Shown in pieces: positions 1-10,132 of a stretch of DNA of 64,000 nucleotides. Origin of the DNA: Verrucomicrobiota bacterium (GTDB taxonomy: Bacteria; Verrucomicrobiota; Verrucomicrobiia; Verrucomicrobiales; V1-33); the NCBI GenBank assembly GCA_039795165.1, contig JBDKER010000008.1, positions 64,053 through 128,052 on the forward strand, given 5' to 3'. The first letter of the stretch is position 1; every line of letters starts with the position of its first letter. Position numbers and translations under genes: made by a program. A model generated the notes under the pieces. That model did no database searches. It was given only the letters and a program-made list of their open reading frames with translations, and had not been told where the DNA came from.

Positions 1-390
1 ATTGACACTCCGTCGGGGCCGCGGGCGATCTGCGGGATTGCGGCGGGGGATACCGTGATTGGGTTCCGGGGCTTGCCGGTGCTGGTGGAGCAGAAGCATG
101 AATATCGCGAGAGTCCGGCGACGGGCTTTCTGCGGATCACTTTTGGCGGGGGAGAGGTTGTGGAGGTGTGCGGGATGCACCGGGTGGACGGCCGACGCGC
201 GCAGGACCTGCGCGTGGGAGAACTGGTGGCCGGGCGCGAGGTGGTGGCGATTGCGGCGACGGGAGGGTATGAACGGTCCTACGATCTGCTGACGGGCGAC
301 GAGGGGTACCGGATCGGTGGGATTCCCGTGAACAGCATGATCGAGGAAATGCACGCAGCGGCGGCCGGGCGTGTGCCGCTCAGGAACTGA
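1..390 (+). CDS. Hint (hedgehog/intein-like) domain protein, C-terminal fragment; the 5' end lies outside the window
   Basis: Frame 1 is open from base 1 (IDTPSGPRAICGIAAGDTVIGFRG...). The ORF track starts it at GTG 55. The GDTV..(beta-rich)..VGELVAG pattern resembles Hint domains. Confidence 0.5.
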   Translation: MDTPSGPRAICGIAAGDTVIGFRGLPVLVEQKHEYRESPATGFLRITFGGGEVVEVCGMHRVDGRRAQDLRVGELVAGREVVAIAATGGYERSYDLLTGDEGYRIGGIPVNSMIEEMHAAAAGRVPLRN

Positions 391-1117
391 CCGGACGCTT
401 CCAGAGGCCGAGCGACTGGCGTGCGCAGTCGATGCCGAAGGCGAGACGGCTTGCCTGCGGTCGGGCAGGACGGAGGATGGTCCACGCGCGGCGGAGGGCT
501 TCTGCTTCAAGAACCGGGTCGGGATTTACGGCGACGGCGTGTTCCGCGAGGCGGAGCATGGGGAGGTCGGCTTTGCTGTCCGAGTAGGCCCAGACGCCTG
601 GGAGGGGCAGGGAACCGTCCGGAAGGAGGTGCCGCATGGCTGGGAGCTTCGCTTCGTTCTTGTTGTTGGGTCCATCGATGATGGGGACAAGGGGCAGCCG
701 CGGGCCATCCCAGCGGACTTTGGTGGCGATGGTGTGGTCGAACTGCAGCATCCGGCCGATGGCGGGGGCGTAGATGTCGGGGCTGGCGGTATTGAGGATG
801 AGCGTGCAGCCTTCCCTGCGGTGGCGTTCCGCTGCGGCCACGATTTCCGGGTAGAGGAGCGGGCGGACTTCGGAAGCGGCAAAGGATTCCGTCATTTCGG
901 CCAGACGATCCGAGGGCATGCGCCACAGGTAGGAAAGAAAGACGCGCTTGAGAGTGCGGGTGCTTACCGCTCCGGCGGCGCGCAGGGGGGCTACCGGCAG
1001 GAAAGCCGCGAGGTAGATTCTCCGCCAGCCCTGTCTCCGGAGCACATAATTGCAGAACAGGGCCTGGGTATCGTAGGGCAGCAGCGTCTGGTCGAGATCG
1101 AAGAGGGCGATGGGCAC
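380..1117 (-). CDS. HAD-IB family hydrolase (SerB-like phosphatase)
   Basis: 245-aa ORF with the N-terminal nucleophile motif FDLDQTL (DxDxT), LNTASP, and YSDSKADLPML near the C-terminus. Confidence 0.75.
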   Translation of the reverse strand: MPIALFDLDQTLLPYDTQALFCNYVLRRQGWRRIYLAAFLPVAPLRAAGAVSTRTLKRVFLSYLWRMPSDRLAEMTESFAASEVRPLLYPEIVAAAERHRREGCTLILNTASPDIYAPAIGRMLQFDHTIATKVRWDGPRLPLVPIIDGPNNKNEAKLPAMRHLLPDGSLPLPGVWAYSDSKADLPMLRLAEHAVAVNPDPVLEAEALRRAWTILRPARPQASRLAFGIDCARQSLGLWKRPVSS

Positions 1118-1242
1118 GGCAGAGCAGAACGCGCCACTATCCGGATGCTTTCAGCAGGAGTCAAAGCAGGTGTTCCCGGTGGCCATGCGGGGGCATCGCA
1201 GACGTTGACATGGGCGGACTCAACGCTGAAAGTACACTCCGA

Positions 1243-1710
1243 ATGACCATCCGCACCGCCGCCGTCACCCTTGCCGCAGGCAGCATTCTTGCGCTTGCCT
1301 CCTGTGCGTCCGGGACCTCCAACGGGTTCACGAAGCACAAGATTTTCCGGCTGGATCCGGACAATCGGCCTGTGGCGATGGACCAGAGCCTTCCGTTCGA
1401 GCACAAGCGCCTGCTCTACGGAGCCGTCACGCAGGAGGAACGGCAGGCCCGCAAAGGCAATTACTACACGTTCTTCTGGCGCGTCGAGGACCGGAGCCGT
1501 CCGGTGACGCTGCGGTTTGACTACCGCCAGTCGGCGACCGGCTTTACAGTCCACAGTAAGCAACTGGAGGCTCCCGCCCGGGATGGCATGGCGAGATTCG
1601 AGGTGGTGGGAGACGAATTCCGCCGCAATGGATCGATTCTTGGATGGAAGTGCACCCTGCTGCAGGGTGGACAGGTGGTGGACGAAAGAAAATCCTATCT
1701 CTGGGAATAA
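1243..1710 (+). CDS. hypothetical lipoprotein
   Basis: Internal ATG at 1243 gives MTIRTAAVTLAAGSILALASC, a signal peptide plus L-A-S-C lipobox. No recognisable domain. Confidence 0.6.
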   Translation: MTIRTAAVTLAAGSILALASCASGTSNGFTKHKIFRLDPDNRPVAMDQSLPFEHKRLLYGAVTQEERQARKGNYYTFFWRVEDRSRPVTLRFDYRQSATGFTVHSKQLEAPARDGMARFEVVGDEFRRNGSILGWKCTLLQGGQVVDERKSYLWE

Positions 1711-1747
1711 ACCCGGTCCGCTGCAGCGCTCCATCCGCAGACCAGAC

Positions 1748-2719
1748 ATGATGTTCCGTTTTTCCGTACTGATTGCCAGTTTTCTCGTTGGCATGCTGCC
1801 CGTAGCCGCGGCCCGCAACGGCATCGCTGCCGTGGTCAATGGCCGTCCTGTGCTCGATTCCGAGGTCGAGGAACTCTTCAAGGCGAACGAACTGGACCTG
1901 CGCCGGAGGTTTCCCGATGCAAAGGAATTCGAGACCGAGCGTGCGAAGCTCCGGTCCAAGGTGCTCGACCAGCTGATTGACCAGGAACTGATTCTGAAGG
2001 AATTCGAACCATTCGAGGCAGCCTTCAGTTCCAAGGTCAATGCCTATGCGGAGGAGACCATCAAGACACAGTTCATCGGCAAGGGATTCAACGGTGACCG
2101 GGCGAAATTCCTGCGCGAGCTGACGGACAGCGGGATGAGCTACAAGAAGTTCTTCGAGCTGCAGCGGCGCAACGTGATTGCCGAGATGATGCGCGGTCAG
2201 TTCGCTTCGGTGAAGAATTCCTATTTCACGGAAGAGGAAAAGCAGGCGTATCTGAAGAAGAATGTTTCCGAGTTCCGGGAAGGCGACCGACTCAAGCTGT
2301 GGTCGGTGACCATTCCCGGCGATGACTTGGCTTCTACTCCGGCGGGGCAGCAGGCACTGGCGAAGGAGATCCGCGCAAAGCTGGCGAATGGTGATGACTT
2401 TGCGACGATTGCCCGCACGTACTCGCGGGACAGCAAGGCGGAGAAGGGCGGCAGCTGGGACTGGGTCGAGGAAAAGGATCTGGCCCCGGCCATGTGGCGC
2501 ATGGTGGTCCGCCTGCCGGACCGGCGCATCAGCGATGTTGTCAGCTTCGGGGGCAACTACTACATCTTCTGGATTGAGGCCCGCGAGGCAGGCAAGCTGA
2601 GGCCGAAGGAAGAGGTTGATGCCGAGATCGAGCGTCGTCTCATGATCGAACGGAAGCGGGAAGCGACTGACAAGTGGATGGAGAAGCTGCGGAAGAAGGC
2701 GACCATCATCAGGAACTGA
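1748..2719 (+). CDS. SurA/PrsA-like peptidyl-prolyl isomerase (parvulin family)
   Basis: ATG at 1748 gives the signal peptide MMFRFSVLIASFLVGMLPVAAA. A SurA-N-like helical region is followed by a parvulin-like segment (ANGDDFATIARTYSRDSKAEKGGSWDWV). Confidence 0.75.
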   Translation: MMFRFSVLIASFLVGMLPVAAARNGIAAVVNGRPVLDSEVEELFKANELDLRRRFPDAKEFETERAKLRSKVLDQLIDQELILKEFEPFEAAFSSKVNAYAEETIKTQFIGKGFNGDRAKFLRELTDSGMSYKKFFELQRRNVIAEMMRGQFASVKNSYFTEEEKQAYLKKNVSEFREGDRLKLWSVTIPGDDLASTPAGQQALAKEIRAKLANGDDFATIARTYSRDSKAEKGGSWDWVEEKDLAPAMWRMVVRLPDRRISDVVSFGGNYYIFWIEAREAGKLRPKEEVDAEIERRLMIERKREATDKWMEKLRKKATIIRN

Positions 2720-2790
2720 GGTCCGGCGGCCTTGCGGGGCTGGTGGTGTGCTGTGACAGAGTGGCAGTGCCGCGGGCGTTTGGGTAGGCG

Positions 2791-5700
2791 ATGCGCCTGC
2801 TGCTGATTTTATCTGTTTCCGTGGTCCTTCCGGTGGCGGGAGGGGTGTCGTACAACCGGGAAGTCCGGCCCTTGCTGGCGGACCGGTGTTTTGCCTGTCA
2901 TGGATTTGATGCGGCGAGGCGGAAGGGTGACCTCCGGCTGGACACTGCCGAGGGAGCGCTTGCGAAGAATTCGGACGGGCGTGCTGCCGTGGTGCCGGGT
3001 GATCCCGGGGCCAGTCTACTCTGGGAGAGATTGGTGACAACGGATCCGGACGAAGTGATGCCGCCGGCGGATTCGCACAAGACCGTGAGCGATGAAGAGC
3101 GGCAGCTGCTGCGGCGGTGGATTGAGGAAGGGGCGTCCTACGAGAACCACTGGTCCTTCGAGTCGCCGCGGGCCATGGATCTGCCAGTGCCCGGGCATCC
3201 GATCGATGCCTTTCTGGGTGAGGGATTCGGGAATCTGCCGGCGCGGCCCGAGGCCGACCGGGCCACTCTGATCCGGCGGGTCAGTTTTGCGCTCACGGGA
3301 TTGCCGCCCTCGCTGGAGGAAGCAGAGGCTTTTATGGCCGACACGGCTGCGGATGCCTATGAACGGATGGTGGATCGCTACCTCGCGTCGCCGCGTCACG
3401 GCGAGGAAATGGCGAGGCACTGGCTCGATGCGGCGCGCTATGGAGACACGCATGGCATGCACCTCGACAACGAGCGGCAGATGTGGGCCTACCGGGACTG
3501 GGTGGTGAGGGCCTTCAATGAAAACCTGCCCTTCGACCGGTTCACGCACTGGCAGATTGCCGGTGACCTCATGCCGGAAGACGGCGACGACGCCATCATC
3601 GCGACTGGCTTCAACCGCTGCAACGTGACCACGGGAGAAGGAGGATCGATCGATGCGGAACTGATTTTCCGCTATGCGGTCGACCGGGCGTCGACGGTGG
3701 CGCAGACCTGGCTCGGGCTCACGGCGGGCTGTGCGGTCTGTCACGATCACAAGTACGATCCGGTTTCGCAGCGCGATTTCTATTCGCTCTATGCGTTCTT
3801 CGTGTCGAATGCGGATCCGGCGATGGATGGGAACACGCTGCTGACGGCTCCGGTGGTGAAGGTGAAGGCGGCCGAGGCGGAGAAGCAGCAGCAGGAATGG
3901 AACCGTCTGGAAGCCGGCATCCGGAAGGAGATGGAAGCGGCCATGGCATCGGTGAAGTATGCCGATCCTGCGGAGCAGACGCCGCGTCCGGAGCCTGTGG
4001 TGACCGGGCAACTGTGGTTCGAGGATGGATTTCCGGCGGGTGCGAAGGCTGGGGCGAGCGGGCATCCGCTGCAGCTTACCGGTGCGCCCGATCCGGTTTT
4101 CAGCGGCAAGGTATCGCTCAAGCGGAGCGGTCCGGGCATGGCGCAGGATTTTTATGAATCCGGTGCGGAACCACTGGTGGTGCCGCCGCAGGCATCTGTC
4201 TTCCTGATGGTGTATCTGGATCCGGCAGACCCGCCCGAAGAAGTCATGATTCAGTTTCTCAGCGGCGGGACATGGAAGCACCGCGCCGTCTGGGGTCAGG
4301 ACATCATTGAATTCGGAGCCAAAGGAACGCCCGAGCGTTTCGTGGCCGGGCCGTTGCCAGAGGCTGGACGCTGGGTGCGCCTTGAAGTCCCTGCGGAGAA
4401 AATGGCGATGCCGGCCGGACTTGCGGTCACGGGCTATGCCTTCACGGTGCATGGAGGCACGGCATGGTTCGACCACATGGGAACGACGGGCCGCATCGAT
4501 CCCATGACCGATCCCGGGCTATCCTTTGCGGCGTGGCGCCGGGCGATGGCCGGGAAGGATGATCTGCAGGCTCCGTCCGCCCTGCGGTCCGTGATCCGGG
4601 ACGCTTCCGATCAGACGCTGGAGCCGACGGTGCTCGCAGCCCTGCGGGCGTACTATCTGCAGGAAGTCTGCCGGAGCACGGAGACAGTCTTTGCAGAGGC
4701 GCGGTCCGGTCTGGCGGATGTCCGCAGGAAGCGGAGCGAAGCCGAAGCGGCGCAGCCCTCCACCTTTGTGTTCCGCGATCTGGACACTCCGCGCGATGCC
4801 TTTGTGATGATCCGCGGGCAGTATGACAAACCGGGCGAGAAGGTGGAACCGGCGACACCGGCATTTCTGCCGCCGCTCCGGAGGCAGCGGCCGGACGGCC
4901 GGGCGTCGCGCCTCGACCTTGCACGTTGGCTCACGGACCGCAGCAATCCGCTGACGGCCCGCGTCACTGTGAACCGCTTCTGGCAGCAGATCTTCGGGAC
5001 CGGCCTCGTCGAGACGAGTCATGATTTCGGGACCCAGGGATCGGTGCCTTCGCATCCCGAGTTGCTCGACTGGCTGGCGCTCTGGTGGCAGGATCAGGGC
5101 TGGGACACGCGCCGGCTGCTGCGGCTCATGGTGACGAGTGCTGCCTTCCGGAGAGACAGTGCGGCTCCGGCGGAGGCATGGCTGCAGGACCCTGCGAACC
5201 GGAGGCTGGCCCGCGGGCCGCGGTTCCGGCTGGATGCCGAGCAGTTGCGGGATCAGGCGCTCTTTGCCGGCGGACTGATGGTCATGGACATGGGTGGCAA
5301 GGGCGTGCGGCCCTATCAGCCCCCCAACATCTGGGAACCGGTCGGCTTTGTGGGATCAAATACCCGCTTCTACGAGCAGGACCGCGGTCCGTCCCTTTAC
5401 CGGCGAAGTCTCTACACCTTCCTGAAGCGGACCGCCCCACCGCCGCTCATGGTCAACTTCGATGCGCCGAACCGCGAGCAGTCGTGCAGCCGCCGCGAGC
5501 GCAGCAATACCCCGCTGCAGGCCCTGCAGCTCATGAATGACGTGCAGTTCGTCGAGGCGGCCCGCGCCCTGGCGGCACGGACGCTGCAGGATCGTGGGGA
5601 AACCGACGGGCGTCTCGCCTCCATGTTCCGGAGGGTGCTCACGAGAAGTCCGCACCAGGATGAACTGGCGGTGCTGCGGACTCTTCTGGAGAACCAACTG

Positions 5701-5853
5701 ACCACCTACCGGGCGGCTCCTGCCGACGCCGGCAAGGCCATCCGTTTTGGCGAGTCCGTTCCCCCCGATGGCGTGGATGCGGCGGAACTGGCGGCGTGGG
5801 CCATGGTGGCCAATGCGATTCTGAACCTCGACGAAGCAACCAACCGGAACTGA
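2791..5853 (+). CDS. PSCyt1/DUF1549/DUF1553 (planctomycete cytochrome c-like) domain protein
   Basis: 1020 aa with an N-terminal CFACHG heme-type motif (RPLLADRCFACHGFDAARRKGDLRLD). C-terminal DUF1553-like block (NPLTARVTVNRFWQQIFGTGLV...FDAPNREQSCSRRERSNTPLQAL). Confidence 0.85.
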   Translation: MRLLLILSVSVVLPVAGGVSYNREVRPLLADRCFACHGFDAARRKGDLRLDTAEGALAKNSDGRAAVVPGDPGASLLWERLVTTDPDEVMPPADSHKTVSDEERQLLRRWIEEGASYENHWSFESPRAMDLPVPGHPIDAFLGEGFGNLPARPEADRATLIRRVSFALTGLPPSLEEAEAFMADTAADAYERMVDRYLASPRHGEEMARHWLDAARYGDTHGMHLDNERQMWAYRDWVVRAFNENLPFDRFTHWQIAGDLMPEDGDDAIIATGFNRCNVTTGEGGSIDAELIFRYAVDRASTVAQTWLGLTAGCAVCHDHKYDPVSQRDFYSLYAFFVSNADPAMDGNTLLTAPVVKVKAAEAEKQQQEWNRLEAGIRKEMEAAMASVKYADPAEQTPRPEPVVTGQLWFEDGFPAGAKAGASGHPLQLTGAPDPVFSGKVSLKRSGPGMAQDFYESGAEPLVVPPQASVFLMVYLDPADPPEEVMIQFLSGGTWKHRAVWGQDIIEFGAKGTPERFVAGPLPEAGRWVRLEVPAEKMAMPAGLAVTGYAFTVHGGTAWFDHMGTTGRIDPMTDPGLSFAAWRRAMAGKDDLQAPSALRSVIRDASDQTLEPTVLAALRAYYLQEVCRSTETVFAEARSGLADVRRKRSEAEAAQPSTFVFRDLDTPRDAFVMIRGQYDKPGEKVEPATPAFLPPLRRQRPDGRASRLDLARWLTDRSNPLTARVTVNRFWQQIFGTGLVETSHDFGTQGSVPSHPELLDWLALWWQDQGWDTRRLLRLMVTSAAFRRDSAAPAEAWLQDPANRRLARGPRFRLDAEQLRDQALFAGGLMVMDMGGKGVRPYQPPNIWEPVGFVGSNTRFYEQDRGPSLYRRSLYTFLKRTAPPPLMVNFDAPNREQSCSRRERSNTPLQALQLMNDVQFVEAARALAARTLQDRGETDGRLASMFRRVLTRSPHQDELAVLRTLLENQLTTYRAAPADAGKAIRFGESVPPDGVDAAELAAWAMVANAILNLDEATNRN

Positions 5854-5856
5854 TTC

Positions 5857-7314
5857 ATGGACTCACCGATTCTTCAGCATGAACTTCTCCAGACCCGGCG
5901 GCAGTTCTTCGGCGGCACGGGTCTGCGTTTCGGAGCGGCTGCCCTTGCCATGCTGCAGGCGGGCAAGGCGTCGGCGGCCTCCCTCGTCCATCCCGCCCTG
6001 CCGGGTCTGCCGCACCGCAAGGGCCGCGCGAAGGCGCTCATCTATCTGCACATGAATGGCGGGCCGTCACAGCTGGACACATGGGATTACAAGCCCGGAC
6101 TCGCTGCCTTCTTCGACAAGGATCTGCCGGAATCAATCCGACGCGGCCAGCGCCTCACCACCATGACGAGCGGGCAGGGACGCTTTCCGGTGGCTCCCTC
6201 GAAATTCACCTTCCGCCAGCACGGCCAGTGCGGCCGCTGGGTCAGTGAACTGCTGCCGCACACCGCGAAAATCGCCGACGACATTGCCCTTGTGAAGACC
6301 GTGCACACGAACGCGATCAATCACGATCCCGCCTGCACCTTTGTGATGACCGGCAGTGAAGTGCCCGGCAAGGCGAGCATGGGATCGTGGCTGTCGTATG
6401 GACTGGGAGCGGAGACGAGCGATCTGCCAGCCTTTGTCTGTCTGATGCCGAGGTTTCCGGATGGATCGAATGGACAGGCGCTCTTCAGCCGCATGTGGGG
6501 GCCGGGATTTCTGCCCGGTCGTCACGCCGGGGTGGTGCTTCGTTCGACTGGAGATTCCGTCCTTTATCTGGACAATCCACCGGGAGTGGCCGCGGCGGGC
6601 CGCCGTGCCATGCTCGATGCGGTGGCCGCGCTCAATGCCAAGGGATTCGAGCGGTTGGGTGATCCGGATGTGCAGACCCGGATTGCGCAGTATGAAATGG
6701 CGTACCGCATGCAGAGCAGCGTGCCGGAACTGACGGACTTTTCGAAGGAGTCGCAGGCCGTCCTCGACATGTACGGTCCGGAGGTGAAGAAGCCGGGATC
6801 CTTTGCGGGCAGTGCTCTGCTGGCGCGGAGGCTGGTGGAACGCGGGGTGCGCATGGTGCAGATCATGCACCGCGGCTGGGATTCGCATGGCGATCTCCCG
6901 CAGCAGCTCGGAAATCAGTGCCGCGACACCGATCAGGCCTGTGCGGCCCTTGTTCAGGATCTCAAGCAGCGCGGCATGCTCGATGACGTGGTCGTAGTCT
7001 GGGGCGGCGAATTCGGCCGGACTGTCTATTCCCAGGGCACCCTCACGAAGGAAAACTACGGCCGGGACCACCACCCGCGCAACTTCTGCATGTGGCTGGC
7101 CGGCGGTGGCATCCGCGGCGGCGTCGTCCATGGAGAAACCGATGACTTCAGCTACAGTCCCGTCGCCGATCCGGTGCACATCAATCAGATCAACGCGACG
7201 ATTCTCGACTGTCTCGGAATCGATCACGAACGGTTCACCTTCAAATTCCAGGGACTGGATCAGCGGCTCACGGGAGTGGAGCCGGCTCCGGTGATCCGGT
7301 CGATTCTGGCATGA
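5857..7314 (+). CDS. DUF1501 (sulfatase-like) domain protein with Tat signal
   Basis: 485 aa with a twin-arginine leader ([19 protein letters not shown]). Shows the typical DUF1501 blocks ([17 protein letters not shown]). Starts 4 nt after the PSCyt gene, which is the canonical gene pair. Confidence 0.85.
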   Translation: MDSPILQHELLQTRRQFFGGTGLRFGAAALAMLQAGKASAASLVHPALPGLPHRKGRAKALIYLHMNGGPSQLDTWDYKPGLAAFFDKDLPESIRRGQRLTTMTSGQGRFPVAPSKFTFRQHGQCGRWVSELLPHTAKIADDIALVKTVHTNAINHDPACTFVMTGSEVPGKASMGSWLSYGLGAETSDLPAFVCLMPRFPDGSNGQALFSRMWGPGFLPGRHAGVVLRSTGDSVLYLDNPPGVAAAGRRAMLDAVAALNAKGFERLGDPDVQTRIAQYEMAYRMQSSVPELTDFSKESQAVLDMYGPEVKKPGSFAGSALLARRLVERGVRMVQIMHRGWDSHGDLPQQLGNQCRDTDQACAALVQDLKQRGMLDDVVVVWGGEFGRTVYSQGTLTKENYGRDHHPRNFCMWLAGGGIRGGVVHGETDDFSYSPVADPVHINQINATILDCLGIDHERFTFKFQGLDQRLTGVEPAPVIRSILA

Positions 7315-7940
7315 GTACGGCGGGGCAGACGCTGCTGCTGACGGGCTTCGAGCCCTTTGGCGGGGATCAGCGCAATCCTTCCGGCGAAACCGCTCTGGCC
7401 CTTGATGGTCATCGGCTGAGCGGAAATGCCGTGATTCGTTCGCTCGTGCTGCCGGTGTCCGCAGGACCCGCGTGGGAACTGACCCGGAAGCACGTCCGGA
7501 TCCTGCGTCCGCGCTGGATTGTGGCGACCGGAGTGGGTCCGCGCGACCGCATTACCCCGGAAGAGCAGGCAGTGAACTGGTGCGATTACCGGATTCCGGA
7601 CAATGCGGGCGTGGTACGGCGGGAGGTGCCGGCCGTCCCGGGGGGACGGAAGGCCTTCCGCTGCGGGCTCGATGTCCGGGCACTGGCGGATGCGATTCAC
7701 GCGGCCGGGGTCCCGGCGGGGGTCAGTGACGACGCCGGACGTTTTGTCTGCAATGATTTCTACTGCCGACTGCTGCGGCTGACGTCGCGCCGCGGTCATG
7801 CGGCGGCCGGACGTTCCGTGTTCGTGCACGTGCCGAGGACCCCGGAAATGGGCGGAGCCCCGCCCTTCATGGAATTGCAGACGATCCGTGCCGGTCTGCT
7901 GGTGCTGCTGGATTCGCTCGTGACTCAGCGAGGACGCTGA
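7311..7940 (+). CDS. pcp: pyroglutamyl-peptidase I
   Basis: [18 protein letters not shown]-terminus, catalytic-Cys context [10 protein letters not shown], and FVHVP. ATGA overlap with the DUF1501 gene. Confidence 0.85.
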   Translation: MSTAGQTLLLTGFEPFGGDQRNPSGETALALDGHRLSGNAVIRSLVLPVSAGPAWELTRKHVRILRPRWIVATGVGPRDRITPEEQAVNWCDYRIPDNAGVVRREVPAVPGGRKAFRCGLDVRALADAIHAAGVPAGVSDDAGRFVCNDFYCRLLRLTSRRGHAAAGRSVFVHVPRTPEMGGAPPFMELQTIRAGLLVLLDSLVTQRGR

Positions 7941-7984
7941 CAGGTCGGCAGCGTTCCGCCCCCGATGCCGATCGGGCATTCCCC

Positions 7985-8021
7985 AGAAAAGCAGAACGGC
8001 GCTCCGGTTGAGGGAGCGCCG
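7985..8021 (-). terminator. putative intrinsic terminator of rpsF, between convergent pcp and rpsF
   Basis: 9-bp stem CGGCGCTCC/GGAGCGCCG (7997-8005 / 8013-8021). On the minus strand it is followed by TTCTGCTTTTCT. Confidence 0.45.
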
Positions 8022-8055
8022 CTGCTGTGCGGGAACTGTTCCGTGGGGAGAAGCC

Positions 8056-8346
8056 TCAGGCTTCGATCCGGAAGAAGTTCTGCTGGTGGACGTCGTTATT
8101 GAGGCGGAGCTTCGATTCCACTTTGCGGAGAGAAGCGGCGTCGGCCTCGATGATGTAGTTCACGAAGTAACCATCGGTGAGCTTCTTGCTGCCGTACGGG
8201 AACTTCTTTTTGCCGAGGTGGTCAATCTGTTCGAGGCGGGCTCCCTCGAGTTCCATGTCGCGGCCGATTTTGCTCACGATGGTATCGACGGTGTCCTCTT
8301 TGCCACGGGTATCGAGGACGATCAGGCCTTCATACTTGCGCTTCAT
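8056..8346 (-). CDS. rpsF: 30S ribosomal protein S6
   Basis: 96 aa, MKRKYEGLIVLD...DGYFVNYIIEA..., a classic S6 sequence pattern. Confidence 0.9.
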   Translation of the reverse strand: MKRKYEGLIVLDTRGKEDTVDTIVSKIGRDMELEGARLEQIDHLGKKKFPYGSKKLTDGYFVNYIIEADAASLRKVESKLRLNNDVHQQNFFRIEA

Positions 8347-8971
8347 TTCCGGAGTCGAATGGAGGTTTCGTGCCCTTCTGGGGCGTGAGGTTGGGTTTGT
8401 TTTCAGAGAGATTAAAATGGTTCATCGCGGCTTGAAGGCCGCGAAGGGCTGACATCATGACAGCATCTGCGGCATTCTCAAGCGATTTATCCACGGCGGG
8501 TTTTTCCTCCGGAAGGAACTTTCCGAGGACGTGATCGCTGAGCGTGGCGAACTGCGGGGCTCCGACACCGAAGCGCAGCCGGGGGAAATCCTGGGTGCCC
8601 AGACAGCCGATCACGGATTTGAGGCCATTCTGGCCCCCGGCGGAACCCGAGAGCCGGATGCGGAGGCGGCCGAGGGCGAGAGAGACATCATCGCAGACCA
8701 CGAGGACTTCGGCGGGCTCAAGGCGGAAGAAGCGGCAGACGGCAGCCACCGAGACGCCGCTGAGATTCATGAAGGTCTGCGGCTTGAGGAGCAGCAGGGA
8801 ACCGGAGCGGGCGAGTTGACCATCAAAGCGTTTTTCAGTGGACCACGGGGCTCCGAGGCGGGCCGCCACGCGGTCGAGGATCATGAATCCGGCATTGTGG
8901 CGCGTCTGTTCGTATTCGCGTCCGGGATTTCCGAGGCCGGCGATGAGGCGGATGGCGGTGGGTTCCTTCAT
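8330..8971 (-). CDS. pth: peptidyl-tRNA hydrolase
   Basis: Internal ATG at 8971 gives MKEPTAIRLIAGLGNPGREYEQTRHNAGF, the Pth signature. It has a ~25-aa C-terminal tail that overlaps the rpsF start. Confidence 0.9.
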   Translation of the reverse strand: MKEPTAIRLIAGLGNPGREYEQTRHNAGFMILDRVAARLGAPWSTEKRFDGQLARSGSLLLLKPQTFMNLSGVSVAAVCRFFRLEPAEVLVVCDDVSLALGRLRIRLSGSAGGQNGLKSVIGCLGTQDFPRLRFGVGAPQFATLSDHVLGKFLPEEKPAVDKSLENAADAVMMSALRGLQAAMNHFNLSENKPNLTPQKGTKPPFDSGNEAQV

Positions 8972-9009
8972 CTCGGAGGTAGGGAAATCGGTTTCGCCCG
9001 GCCGGAATC

Positions 9010-10101
9010 TCAGCGTTGCTGACGCGCCTGTTCGCGCATCCATTCCTTGAGCCGTTCCTGCAGGGTTTCCGGGTGGCGGGCATTGAGCATGGCGTCGTCC
9101 ATGCTGAGGTGACCGCTCGTGGCGAGATGGAGGAGGCTGTCGTCCATCGTGTGCATGCCCGAGGACGAACCGACCTGCATGAGGCTGAAGACCTGTTCGA
9201 AGCGGTGATCGCGGATGGCGCTCTGGACACCGCTGTTCACCGTGAGAACTTCCGAGGCCATCACGCGCCCGGGAGCGTCGGCGCGCGGGAGAAGCCGCTG
9301 GGAGACGATTCCGACGAGCGCTCCGGCGAGCTGCGTAATGATCTGCGGCTGCTGCTGGGCCGGGAAAATGTCGACAATCCGGTCGAGGGCTCCGGTTGCG
9401 CTGCGGGTGTGCAGGGTACTGATGACGAGGTGACCGGTTTCTGCGGCGGTGAGGGCGGCGGCCACGCTGTCCTGATCCCGCATTTCCGAGACGATGAGGA
9501 CATCGACATCCTGGCGCAGGGCGGCGCGCAGGGCGGCCGGAAAGGAATGGGTATCCTGGCCGATCTGGCGCTGCTTGATGAGACCGAACTGGTGTTCGAA
9601 GGTGTATTCGATGGGATCTTCCACCGTGATGACCATGGCGGAGCGCGTTTCCAGAATACGCCGCGTCATGGCCGCAAGGGTGGTTGTCTTGCCGCTGCCG
9701 GTCATGCCGGTGATGAGAACAAGGCCCTGGGTCGCCTGGCAGAAATCGGCCACCGTGGGGGAATGGCCGAGTTCGTTCAGTTCCGGCGGGACATCCGGAA
9801 TGTAGCGGAAGGCGGCTTCCACATGACCACGGGCGAAGTGAGCATTCCCGCGGAAGCGCCCGACATTTTCGACGGCGAGGGCGAAGTCGAGTTCCCAGTC
9901 CTTCTCCAGCTTGGCGCGCTGGGCATCGGTGAGGACCGCCATGATCAGCTCCCGCACCTGGCGGCCATCGAGGTCGAATTCTTCAAGGGGCGTGAGCTGA
10001 CCATTGACCCGGGCTGCGGGCGGTGCACCAGCGGCGAGGTGAAGATCGGATCCGCCCGCTTCGCGCGTGGCGGCAAGGTAGTCGAGGATATCGCGGGCCA
10101 T
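9010..10101 (-). CDS. pilT: type IV pilus retraction ATPase PilT
   Basis: 363 aa with GSDLHL, Walker A GMTGSGKTTT, Asp/His boxes (DVLIVSEMRD, TGHLVISTLHT) and the PilT-type C-terminus. Confidence 0.9.
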   Translation of the reverse strand: MARDILDYLAATREAGGSDLHLAAGAPPAARVNGQLTPLEEFDLDGRQVRELIMAVLTDAQRAKLEKDWELDFALAVENVGRFRGNAHFARGHVEAAFRYIPDVPPELNELGHSPTVADFCQATQGLVLITGMTGSGKTTTLAAMTRRILETRSAMVITVEDPIEYTFEHQFGLIKQRQIGQDTHSFPAALRAALRQDVDVLIVSEMRDQDSVAAALTAAETGHLVISTLHTRSATGALDRIVDIFPAQQQPQIITQLAGALVGIVSQRLLPRADAPGRVMASEVLTVNSGVQSAIRDHRFEQVFSLMQVGSSSGMHTMDDSLLHLATSGHLSMDDAMLNARHPETLQERLKEWMREQARQQR

Positions 10102-10132
10102 GGCAGGGAAGGGGAGGTCAGTAAAGGCGGTT

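Noticed and set aside
1544-3040. Long ORFs on the opposite strand or in alternative frames of clearly assigned genes. Examples: 1544-3040 (-), 3016-4476 (-), 991-2040 (-), 6133-7227 (-), 18657-19688 (+), 52843-54027 (-).
   Set aside because: Their translations are Arg/Pro/Gly/Ala-rich low-complexity strings without motifs. They fully overlap genes with strong family signatures. This is the expected stop-codon-poor shadow-ORF behaviour of >65% GC DNA.
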